Positions 1 to 11,823 of a stretch of 64,000 bases of DNA are shown here, in pieces; position 1 is the first letter of the stretch; the number at the start of each line of letters is the position of its first letter. Under the pieces are notes generated by a model that saw nothing but the letters and a program-made list of their open reading frames with translations, was not told where the DNA came from and searched no databases. The position numbers and the translations under genes were made by a program. This DNA is from Phoronis australis (lineage: Eukaryota; Animalia; Phoronida), in the NCBI GenBank assembly GCA_002633005.1, contig NMRA01000793.1, positions 1 through 64,000 on the forward strand. The letters are read 5' to 3'.

Positions 1-839
1 CCAGCCCCTACAGTAGTACTTAAACACCCAGCTAACCATATACAAGAAATGACATATTTCCGCTATTACGTTAAGCCTAGACACATCGTTTGCACCTACA
101 CCTAAAACGCTATGAGAAAACGTTAAAATCACATTGGATTAAATGCGTGCATATGCGTGTATACCGTAACCGCGTAATGTTCTAAAGTAACAAAAAATAT
201 TATTTGTTCGCGATGTTGATCGACACCCTTCTTCGAATAGTAAATTTTAGGCTGAAACAATTACAACCACTAGTTGTATGCATCAAGTTTTGAGAAAGTT
301 ATATGGCTTTATTCTCAATGCCAAGATCTGATTATAGTAGCAATTAGTCCAAAGTTTTCAAGGTAAAGGGGTTCATTTCGTCAACATTATTTGAAATTGC
401 TGCATATGTTACATGTACGTTAAGTACTGATCTCCATAATGCGATTGAAAGTTTCTGTAATTGTCGCTAATGGATTTGTATTGATTTTGTCAAAAAATAA
501 ATAGCACAACGTATGGCGAAAATAAATCCCGCAATGCAGATTAGCAATTGTCAACAAAAACATAATTGTTGTTAATTATATGGATTACTGTACTCAGCAA
601 ATTGAAACAAAACGGAACTTAGATAAGTCAATAGATTTAAAAAAAAACAATGATTTCAGCAGACTAACATAAGTTCAGTGATGAGTCGTTAACCATATTG
701 GTTACATATACATGTAGTCTGTCACCATGACGATTGGCAGAACCATAACCATAATAAAACTTTTGAGTGATATTTATTGAAGGAGAATCAGTTTGTCGTG
801 GGGAATGAACAACATCTGAAAATTAATGACATTATCAGA

Positions 840-1002
840 TGTCAACGGAATTAAAGTACTATCGATCGGTTCTGTTCCCTAAAAGTCTCCCCGTGGAGCC
901 CTTTTGTATTCCATCATGAGCGCAATTGGCTAGCTAACTGGGCTAAATAAGACAAACCCTTTGACAGCCGAACAACTGTATGATCTGGTGGGTGACTTTA
1001 AG
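840..1002 (+). other. putative non-coding first (5' UTR) exon of paralog 1; start approximate
   Basis: Strong donor AAG|GTAAGT at 1003; the preceding sequence resembles 48935-49060 upstream of paralog 2; coding exon 1 is preceded by an acceptor. Confidence 0.5.
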
Positions 1003-2230
1003 GTAAGTGACATTTATCTCTTTCAACATGTACACATTATGTCGCAACACGACCCAACGTAAGACTTTACCAAGTTGCATTTCTTTCTGTCAAGCTGCAT
1101 ATAGAACAACTTTCCCCCCAAAACTGGCTTTGAATTGTCCTGATCATAAAATCAATGCCACGGAGAATACCAACACCTAAAAACGCTTTAAAAGTGGTTT
1201 GTCACTCCTAAAATTAAACTTAAGCTGGAAGTTCAACTTCAACTGGACGTTTTTGAGAGCACCCATGTGTGCCTATACGACTGGGAAGGCTTTCCTGAGA
1301 CTCGTGTAGGTTTTAAGCAATCAAGCTTTTGTCTTACTGTCAATACATAAAATACTCAAAGTCAGTTTGGGACAATTTTAGACACTGCAGTGAAAGCTAG
1401 ATCTCGAGTTGCCACAAACCACCATTATGTATTGGAAAATGAGAATTAGACCTTTTGCAGTTACAAAATTCGTCTCAAACTGTTCCGCCCTCAAAATTAG
1501 TGTGGTTTCAAGGCTTACATGAAAGAAGAGTTGCCTGTTCTTTCTTACTTGAGGCAAAGCTCTACAATTCAAGTTGTCACGGCGTGACACGTTATTCGAC
1601 GAGAATGATTTCGAGGAATAACGAACTCTCAGTTCTTTGCAAGACTAAAACGATTTCTCGTCTGAGTATGGACAAAATTGAGACCAATTTTGTCGCGGCA
1701 AGTGGTCTGGAAAAATGATTTATAGTCAATTGCTCCAAAAATATCTTGTCTTCGTCTATATTATCACAGTTACTAATAAAATATGTCTGTAGAGGTAAGA
1801 TTTGCAGACTACTACACTAACAAATTAAGCGTAAACTTTTACTTTACTCAATATTGACAATATCGAATTTAAAACTGCAGGGTCGTCTTTGATCAATAAA
1901 AAATAAATGTAAATGTAGATTTTTGTCTAAAATCAAATTAGTTTTTTTTCAGACAACATCCAATAACAGGGACTGGCCGTCTTTTTTGAAAGAATGAAAC
2001 AAGACATTCAAACATAGGAAATTACTCTGTTATTTGGGCCTTCGATTTTAATCTTGCTCTCAACACGCATAATTATCGACAGGTTAATAGCCCAAAGTCA
2101 CAGATTAAGTTGATGGAGATTTGTACATAATTGTCTATTGCTGATGTGTGGCGGGAACTAAACCCCAATAGTAAAGAATACACTTGGGGAGCTGGAAGTA
2201 AACGATCCAGACTGGATTTTTTTTCTAATT

Positions 2231-2470
2231 AAATCAGTTTTTGGCCACAATAAGATCAAAAACCGTAGCTGCAGCTATGGTGATGACCAGCTACTGACCA
2301 TATTCTATGTATCTCTCACTTCACTCTATGGATGTTACCTGAGCTGTATGTTGGCACTTGTTGTCATAAATTGTTGTAAATATGATCCTGATGATGTCTA
2401 ATGGAAAGACGAAACGTTGAATTGAACATGAATTTTTATTTGTGCGGCGATCGTCCGGATTTTGATTTTA
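2231..2470 (+). mobile_element. Penelope-like pseudo-LTR fragment inserted in the LINE
   Basis: Interrupts the LINE peptide LDFFLI|SEN, with TTTCTAATT duplicated (2222-2230 and 2471-2479); carries a hammerhead core. Confidence 0.6.
2380..2430 (+). ncRNA. minimal type I hammerhead ribozyme-like motif (Penelope type)
   Basis: CTGATGA (2388-2394), extra T, stem II GTCT/AGAC, GAAA (2411-2414), palindromic AACGTT as stem III; stem I is degenerate. Confidence 0.6.
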
Positions 2471-5400
2471 TTTCTAATTTCTGAAAACATTTTAGCCGAT
2501 ATTGCAGACTTCATAATAGAATTCGGTTACCGGTCCGATCATTCAATGGTAACGATTTTTTTAAAGGTGATGGTTCCAGGAAGAGGAAATCACTTAGGAA
2601 GTTTAATAGCTCTCTCCTAAAAAAGTCTGAGTATGTTGCTGCAGTCAAATTAGTTAAACAACAGTATATGACGGACAATATTCAGACAGTTGATAGTATA
2701 AGTAATTCACATTTACAATTGTCTACAAATGATCAACTTTTTTGAAACGTTGTTAATGGAGATTCGCGGCAAAACAATTTCCTTTGCTATTTACTTACAA
2801 AGAAAAAGTGATAGAGCTGAACAGCAACTTATCGAAGAAATAAGTTTGTTAGAAAAAAGTCTAGGCCTTGATAGGGAACTACTGGAACAAAAAATAATCG
2901 ACTTGCCGAGCTAAGGCAAAATAAGTTAAGGGGTCTTATGATTAGGTTGAGAGCAAGATGGATTGAAGAGGGTGAAAAACCTTCCAAATATTTTCTTCAC
3001 TTGGAAAATAGGCATTACACAAGTAAGTTTATGCCTTTTTGTGGAAATCTGACAATTGTAAAACCATTAATGAAGAAGAGGTTATTCAGGAAACCAAAAC
3101 ATTTTATGAAAATCTATACATATAGAATCATTCTAACAACTGCTTTAGAGACTCTTCTTGATAAGGTTTGTGTCTCCAAACTGAATGAGTTATAAAAAGA
3201 AAAAAATAGAAGGTCTTCTTACATATGAAGAAGTCACACAATGCTTGAAAAAAATGAAAAACAACAAGAGCCCAGGCTCCGACGGTTTTTCAATGGAATT
3301 TTAAAAATTTTTTAGGGGCTGACATTAGACATTTCGTTGTTCGCTCACTTAATACTGGTTTTGCAGATGGCCAGTTATCATCAACAAAAAGAGGGAGTTA
3401 CTCATCTTACTGGTTCAATATTTCACGTGGCTGCAGACAAGGCGACCCTTTTGTCTCCATACATTCTCATATTGTGCGCGGAGATTTTGGCGTATTTAAT
3501 TAAGAATACATATATTGCTGGTGTAGTTGCAGGAAATAAGGAATATTTGATTTCACAATATGCGGACGACACATGAATTATCTTTGATGGGTCGAATTTG
3601 TCATAGACTACCACATTGAATGTACTTCATTTGTTTGCTAGTGTCTCCGGTCTCCAAGTGAATGTGGATAAAACAAAAGCCATATCGATTGGAAGTAAAA
3701 CTGCTAGTGATGACGTGATTCCTACAAAAGAAAGTCTGTCTTGGACAAAAAAATCTTTTAGATATTTGGGTTGGATTTTGAAACTCAAGTGGATAATATG
3801 ACGCATAAGAACCTCACTGCAAGAATAACTGAGATCAAGCTTTTATTAAAAAATTGGAGTCGACGAAATTTAACGCCGTTTGGTAGAGTAACGGTAATTA
3901 AAATAGTAGCTATTTCTAAACTTAATTTTTTTGTTGTCACGTTTACCAAATCCACCAGTAAAAGTCTTGGATGGATTTTTTTAGATTTGTATGGCAGGCT
4001 CGTAATGATAAAATTGAACGAACCACGGCCTGTTTAGGACTTGATCAATGGGGACTTCAAATGGTTAATATGCATACTTTCAGCAAAGTTTTAAAACTCG
4101 CTATGGCCAGTAGATATCTTGAAAGCCCAGCGTCTAAAAGTGATGAATTACTGTACTCCTTCTACCCGTTCTTAAAGAATTTTGCTTCATTTGGAGATGA
4201 CTTTATTAAGTCGAACTTAGCTCTAATTGGTAATTCCTACTGGCGCGAAGTATTTGGAAGTATGACATCTTTCTACAAGAAAATAATTGTTGCAAGTGAG
4301 GAGGATTTTTTGAATCAACCTTTATGGTTTAATAGTAACTTGGCGATCGGGGGCACAAGTGTTTTTTATAAGCCTTGGTTTGTAAATGGCTTAAGATTTA
4401 CTAGAGACATGTATACCTCTGATGGTGATTTCGTTAGTTTGAACCATATGAAAAATAAGTTCGATGTAAAAACCAACTTTGTAGAATATAATGGTGTTGT
4501 TTCCGTTCTAAGAAGGTTTCAAAAAAGTCTATGTCAAAGTGAATTTAAAAATGTTAATGTCTACGATCCTTGCATGCCTTTAGCAATCACTCACTTACGG
4601 AAAGATTTGAAGGGTCGTAGACATATTTGTTCAGTTTTTAATGACGTTAAGAAACCTTCTAAGTCAGAGTGTAAATGGGAAATAGAGTTAGGGGATAGTT
4701 TAGATTGGAAGAAAATATACGCATTGCCTGATGAAATTACAAAGGATCCCAACATTAGATGGTTTTAATTTAGAATACTACACAGGGTTATTGCAACAAA
4801 TACCTTTTTAGTCAAAATCCGTGTTCGGGATTCTAATTTATCCTCCTTTTGTAATGAAGCTCCAGAGACGCTGTCACACCTTTTTGGGAATGTCGCATTG
4901 TACAAGATTTCTGGAAGGAATTCGGACAGCTAATGCAAAAGTGTCGCATTCAGCTTCCCAACAGTCTCTCTTACGATCGAGTTATGCTTAGATTTTACGA
5001 GACGCATGATTCTATTTTTAACATTTTGCTTCTAATAGCCAAACAGAACATTTTCAAGTAGAGATGTCACAAAAACATACCTAAATGTCAAAGGTTTATT
5101 ACATATACTTATGAGCACAACAATGCTGAAAAATTAATTGCATACAAAAACTTTGTATACACGCATGACTGCTCCTCTGCGAAATGGGAAAATTACGTTG
5201 TTCACGTTAACTACATGTAGAATTTATTTACTTTAAACGAGATGGTCTTACCTGAGGTGTGCATGCGTGAATGAATGGATGTTCTTATTTGTTTGTTTGT
5301 TTGTTTTTGTACTGTTTTATAAATGATAATAGATTCTTTAAAAAAAAATCCAATAACGCAATTCTCATATCAGCGCTTTTTATTTCTTTTTTCCAAAAAT

Positions 5401-7899
5401 ATGAATTATCTAATGTTTCAATCTGAGCCTGACTGAAAGTTTTCTCAACATAGTCCACAAATTTGATTTTTCAGTACAACATTTTGTTGCAAGTATTCTG
5501 TATAATATTTTAAACTGCACTGTGATTAATTTTAACCAATCTGAATATGAAAAAAGGAACTGTAATTTTTCCAGTCATGTCTTGTTATGTTATACTCCTT
5601 TTCTTGGAGCATTCTTTGGGGAACAGGTACATAATTTTTTATACATTGACATACAGTTTAAAATCGGCCCATACATGCATATCCTCTTAACAACCTCTTT
5701 GTGTAACGGTGTTCTTCCCAGAAACGACCTTATAGAATCAGACAGAGAACAATATTCCAGTAAATTAGGTGTAGGATTACGTTTGATGTCTTTAATCAGC
5801 AAGTAAGTAAAATTCAATGTTTTTGTCAAGTGTATCACTATAAAAAGAACAACAACCCTAACGAATTCGATTCAAAAACTTTTTGCCTACTTGTATTTTA
5901 CTGTTATTTCACAAATTGTTTGAGAGTAAATCATCTACATTTTCAGATCCAGTCTACTTATGCATTAAGACCAGATAGCCGAAACCTCGTTCCCAAAAGG
6001 AGTTGGTACTGCAGGCTTTGAACGTTATCGCTTTCAAAATGAGCAATACAATTTAATTGACATTACAGATCTCTGCCCAATATCAAACAACATCAACCAT
6101 TTTACATTTTATGCAAACAATCTTTTTATTCTTCATATTTTATAGCCGTATTTAAAATGTTTCAGTTTCACTATTTTCACCACTATAACCTACGATTGTT
6201 TAAAAACATCTCTCCTTGTTATTCCAAATGAATTTTGAACAAATGCATTCAATTCATTCATACCGATGTTAAATGCAGTGGGCAGTATTGTCGTTTAAAG
6301 AAATAATTTTTGGCACAATTAAGATGGTAGGAGAAAAAAGAAAAAAATACATTTAACAGAATTATTTGAGACCAAACTTTAATAAGATTATGATTTCATC
6401 AAACTTCTCACTGTAGTTGATTGGAATCATTCTTTCGAAATATACGCTGAAGTTTATACCTTACATCTTTAAATCTAACATTCCCTATTCTGGTGTTCAT
6501 TTGGCACGATGGAAACATATGTTAAGAATTTTTGCTGCCTCGCCATATAACATTTATTTTCACCAGTTTGCTCGTAAACCAGACATTTGCTCCGAGTTTC
6601 CATTCTACGCTGAGAGCCGTCCCAGAAAAAGTCATAACCATATTAAGTGAGTATACTGACTCATCACTTCCTGTTTGAATGCGTTTAAGATTAAATAAGA
6701 CTTTGCTGACCAGTTTGCATATTTAGCCAAGTATCTCAAAGCCTAAATATTTTAATAAACCTAAGGTGTACTTTTTCTGAAAGCAGAAAGCGTGCAGAAT
6801 TGATTGTGACGTTTTTCTAATCAACCATTACGTCCGTACTGTGACACAGGGAAAGTGGAAACAGAATTACACTTTCTTCTCGAACGTAATTTACATTGTT
6901 ATAATCTGATCTGCGTGTGCTCTTCTTACCGATAAGGTGGACGAGATAGTGTTCAGAATTTTTTTACAGCCTCATGATTTAACTGTCCTGTGAAAAGTTG
7001 CTTGATATTTAATTAATGCGGGGAAACGTCGAAATGAGTTAATTGATATGAATTAATTTATGTTTGTAAAATCTTGTACTCTCTATGTATTTGTATTGTG
7101 GGCCTGAGGCCTGTTACATGAAATAAACCATATAATTAATTGGGACATGCAGCGATGTTTTTTTAGTAAAATATTACACAAGGCAGGGTATATTGATCAA
7201 AACAAAGGTACCTAAATCATTAACGTGTCCATATTCCTTTTTATATAAATGTTTAAGAAGAAATCTCAAAAACATAGAAACAGTTTCCTAACTTATCATT
7301 CCGTTTTAATTGTATACAGCTTTTGCGCTTTTGAAAATCGTAAACGTCCTTTTTGATAACTCCTCTTTGAAAAGTGGAGCATTATAAAAACAGTTCCTTA
7401 AAACCACGTGGAGAGATGTGCAGAAAACAGTGTATCTGAAAGTTCAACATGAATCTGATCAGCATTTCTGAGCTACGTATACGATGTTCCGCAATCGGCC
7501 AAATTGTTTATGGTGCTACATGACCTTAATACCACTGTTAAGGTAAAGAAACCTGTTTTGACCAAGTTCGTACTTAGAGATACTGTCTGACAAAATGTCA
7601 TTTTTCTGCATATTAAAACGACGCATGGATGCTCTTAGTTTAGTCAGGGGCATTATCACCATCAAGCAAGTCCAGTACAGCCTCTCACTAGCTCATTTGT
7701 AAACACACCACGCGCAATTTTAACTGGGTAATTTCCGGGAAACCAAACTTCACACTATAGGCAACATTTTTTCGTCTATGGAAGAAAAAGTGAAACGGTA
7801 TGGCGAAGTTTACGAAGGCAAACTGTTGCATAACTTACATATCTTTTAAACACATTAAAACGCCTGCGTAAAGGCTTGTGCTGAAGACGTTCGCGAAGT

Positions 7900-8200
7900 T
7901 ATCGGCGTTTTACCTGCCACAGAGGCTTTGAGAAAAACTTGAGTTTTTAGCCTGTTGAAATCCGGCCATGTGCAGTGTATTGCGATCAGTCCATTCAGTG
8001 CTGCACTACAACAGCAGAAGGTGGTGTTTCGCAAGTAAGGGTGACCTTCTGTTCGTTGGAAACGTCAATGGCCCCCTTATTGATGTGTATCACAAGGCTA
8101 ACTTGGACGTCCACACCACAAGTTCCTTACATTTCTGGCACTATTCTGGTCTCTGGAAGGTGCTGCAAAGGACGGAAAACGGTGCATTATACTGAAACCC
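7900..8200 (+). pseudogene. possible hAT (ZNF862-like) transposase C-terminal dimerisation domain relic
   Basis: Frameshifted fragments QCCTTTAEGGVSQV (compare S-x-A-x-x-E-R-G-F-S) and VGNVNGPLIDVY..HFW (compare I-N-G-P..W). Confidence 0.35.
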
Positions 8201-10592
8201 TCCAGTATTTTCATAGACTCTCTTAGACTGATTTACACATTCGGTGGTGTTTCGTCTCTAGCTCAACGACTCTGGATTATTTGAGCTCGTAAACATGTTG
8301 ATCAATCATAAAAGTCCATTACATGTAGTGCGGCTGTGGATTTCTTTTTATTTAAAATGGCGATTCACCAATCTCTAGCAGATTTGCATCCCAGTGCAGC
8401 GACTGAGAAATCTTCTGAGATTTCAGGTACTTCTCAAACATTTCCGAACTGCTAAAGTCTGATCGAATGGCAGCTCCTTTGGACCACATTTGTGAAATCC
8501 GTAGTAAATTAGCTTTCGGAACCAAGTGTCGACTCATGCCGAGCATTGACATGGAAGTGGTAGTTTTTGGGCTGAAAAGTGCCATATTCATTATCAATCG
8601 CTTAACAGAGATGAGTTTATTGGGAAGGAAGGGGAGCCGCGATGGAACTTCGGCACACCGGAATTTCCCTAAAAGGAAAGCAACCCATATTAATTAACAT
8701 ACTTGAAAAACATCAGCGTAAACTAAAATATCCTTGAGCCCACACCCACAGAACCTTGCTTGAGTTCGCTCTATAGTAAAACAGAAATACCATTAATGAA
8801 TTGGAGCTAGAATTTGAATTTAAATATTAGTACCCGGGGCCTGGTACGTATATACATGTATATATCAGTTTCATTTAAAGGGAAATCAATATTAAATTGT
8901 TTACTGTTGCCGTAAAACTCTAGGCAATGAATGACAAGTCGATGGAACTTTGTGAAGCAGCGTTTTCATTGTACTGTGCCTGGTTGCAAACTCACTGCAC
9001 TGCCAAATAGTTATAAATACTTCATTCGTTTAAATGTCTGGAAAATGAGCTGCAAGTAGTATTACATGTATCAGCGCAACTTTGCACGAGCTGTCGTCTT
9101 TTGTACCGTCATCTCTGTTTAGTAGGTTAATTGGTCTGTTGCCGAGCATGTCAGTTGTCTTCAACAAGTCTTGACGGAACTTAGTGGGGAGATCTATGAG
9201 TTGCTTCTCGGCAACCTGGAGCCATGTCAGAAATTTGGTTTTGCGCTGCACAGTCACAAAGAATAATCAAGTCCCATATTACATTTAGCTAGATACAAAT
9301 TCTAGGAGAAAACATCAACTTTTACTAGTCACTGAGATAATTTGCATAAGTTATTTCTGGTTGTAATGTTCTAATAATTACATGGGTAAATGGGTAAATC
9401 TTTACTCAGTAATTGTGAAATAAAACTTAAGAACAAACTTCTGACTGAAGGTTTTAGTCACCCTCTGTGGAGCCACAGCAATTTCATTCGACCTGGTTAG
9501 CGAGATTTTGGGTGACAGCTGCTTTCATACACCAGTGCTGTTGCGGCTTGTTTACACGTGTACACTTTACATTTCTCCACCGGAAGCTGGTTTGTTTCAA
9601 CACAGTTGTATTGGGTGGCACTCAGTAGATTCATTAGCCACAATTAAATTCACATCCCCAAGGTGTTGTTAGTTGGGTAGTTCAGATTGAAAGAATGATA
9701 GCTGTTGGCCCACTGACCAACTTTTTGTTCAGTCGTGGCTTTTCTTAAACCTTAACTACTTGCAAGCGGGAAGGTGAAATTTAGCAGCATGCTAATAATT
9801 GCATGATTACATTTGGCTGCTGGATGACTTGGTAATTGGCCAAATTATGTTGAACAAACAGCAGAATTAATGAGAAGAAGAATACTGAAAACATTGTTAA
9901 AAATCTAAGGTTGTAAAAGTCAATTTTCTTGTCCGGTTTTCCAAATTCAAAAACCTTACCATGTGTGCTTTTCACGAACTATATGCTAATAACAAGACAT
10001 CAAAAAGAAACATTTGAAAAATACTATGGTCTCCCACAATGTGTTTGTGATTGGCCTGATTACAAAGAGAACAATAACACCAGCAACCTCTGACGTCCAC
10101 AGACGATGTAACTGCTAACAACTGCATGGTGTGTTTTAAGGGTACGGCGGATTTCGCGGTAAACTGTCTAGTCGCCCAAACTCGACCGGTGAGGCTGTCA
10201 GGTTGACGTCCACCTTTTATCTAATTTCTACAATTTTGAAAAGTTTTGACAGTCGCAGTTCATAATCATCCCACATGCGAATTGTGCCTAGTGTTTTTTT
10301 CCCGTTCTGTGACTAGTGGGCTTCACTTACGAAAGTCGTAAAAGATGAACAATTAATTTCGGAATCAGTTTCATTGCACTTTGTGCGAGGTTTTGAAGTT
10401 TTTGGTCCAGCTGTTCAAAAACTCTGCAAAACAGAGCTTTTGAACTGCTTACAACTGGATTTTCAAGTCCAAAACTACAAACAACTGTTCATAGTCAACT
10501 TATTGTCTAATACAATCATCAGTGCTTAATTTACGTAAGCTTTAGTTTTATCCTGAGTCGTTTTTTCAGGCGTCGTTGTTAGAAGAGCAATA

Positions 10593-10737
10593 ATGCAATC
10601 AAAGAAGGGGTATTCTTATTTGAAAGGAAGTGAATACCAAGACGTCTCCAATGCCAACATTACTGTCAAAGCTCTCTGGAGGGGTTTCCAGGAGAACACA
10701 TCGGGCCACGCTTTTAATAGGATTTACCTTACGCCAG
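10593..10737 (+). CDS. paralog 1 coding exon 1 (cytoplasmic N-terminus; MQSKKGYSYL...FQENTSGHAFNRIYLTP)
   Basis: ATG at 10593 downstream of acceptor TTTTTTCAG (ends 10569); donor GT at 10738; aligns with paralog 2 exon 1. Confidence 0.88.
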
Positions 10738-11511
10738 GTGAAATCATATTTAATTTTTGAATGTGAATTTAACTCTTGGTTAACTATTGGCGATAATTTT
10801 CTTAAGTTCATTTTATAATTTTCTACGATGGTGTCAATTTTAAAATAATTACAGTTTAAGTTGAATGCTGTGTCATCTACAGTATAAAGTAATACCTTTC
10901 ATGACCGTGACCATAGGTTCTATGAAGAAGTTGGTCTGGATCCTGGTGTGTTTCGGTGGCTTTATCGCTTGGGGTATTCATACTACCACACTGCTCGTCC
11001 ACTTCTTCCACTACCCCATCGCCGTCACAGTGCAAATTCATACAGCCTCCAATCTAAGTTACCCGGCTGTAACAGTGTGCAACCTGAACTCGGTTAGAAA
11101 GTCTAAGTTTCACAAGCTTGCAAACTTGACGGATATATATGCAGAGGCAGAGCAGAATGCAAAAAACGGAGGTAAGTTTTTAAAAGGGAGTGTGTGACGC
11201 AATGGGATGAAAACTGGGTCAGATATCCGTCTACAACTCAGTGGAAACTGAACGCAATTTTAGTAGTCACTAAAGTTTCTATTCGGTCAATGGACACAGC
11301 ATGTCTAAAGATTGATAGGGCAATTGAATCCAAATTTATGGGTATGCCTAGGACTGGGCGTAGTAAATAAATGTCAAGCTTCCCCTTCACTACACAAAAG
11401 TTGACAGAGAGGTGGCATATAATGTTCACTGTCATTCAAAATGTATGCCTACTTTAAATAGAATTGAGGAAATTAGAATTATAGTTGGACGAATTAGTGA
11501 AATATACACCC

Positions 11512-11542
<31 letters not shown>

Positions 11543-11784
11543 NNNNNNNNNNNNNNNNNNNNNNNNNNNNNNNNNNNNNNNNNNNNNNNNNNNNNNNNNN
11601 NNNNNNNNNNNNNNNNNNNNNNNNNNNNNNNNNNNNNNNNNNNNNNNNNNNNNNNNNNNNNNNNNNNNNNNNNNNNNNNNNNNNNNNNNNNNNNNNNNNN
11701 NNNNNNNNNNNNNNNNNNNNNNNNNNNNNNNNNNNNNNNNNNNNNNNNNNNNNNNNNNNNNNNNNNNNNNNNNNNNNNNNCTGT

Positions 11785-11823
<39 letters not shown>

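Larger units (their letters stand above)
1968..5347 (+). mobile_element. 5'-truncated, degenerate L1/Tx1-clade LINE (ORF2: AP endonuclease, reverse transcriptase, zinc knuckle)
   Basis: Fragments YTW..SRLDFFLIS, SDHS, RARWIEEGEKPSKYF, KSPGSDGF, QYADDT, SGLQVNVDKT, FRYLG, WSRRNLTPFGRVTVIK, PLWFN, and a C-terminal C..ETLSHLF; A-tail at 5340-5347; 10 bp TSD ATCCAATAAC at 1958-1967 and 5348-5357; many frameshifts. Confidence 0.9.

Noticed and set aside
7881-7900. CTGAAGA-CG-TTCG-CG-AAG resembling a hammerhead core
   Set aside because: Lacks the required GAAA and has no stems I or III.
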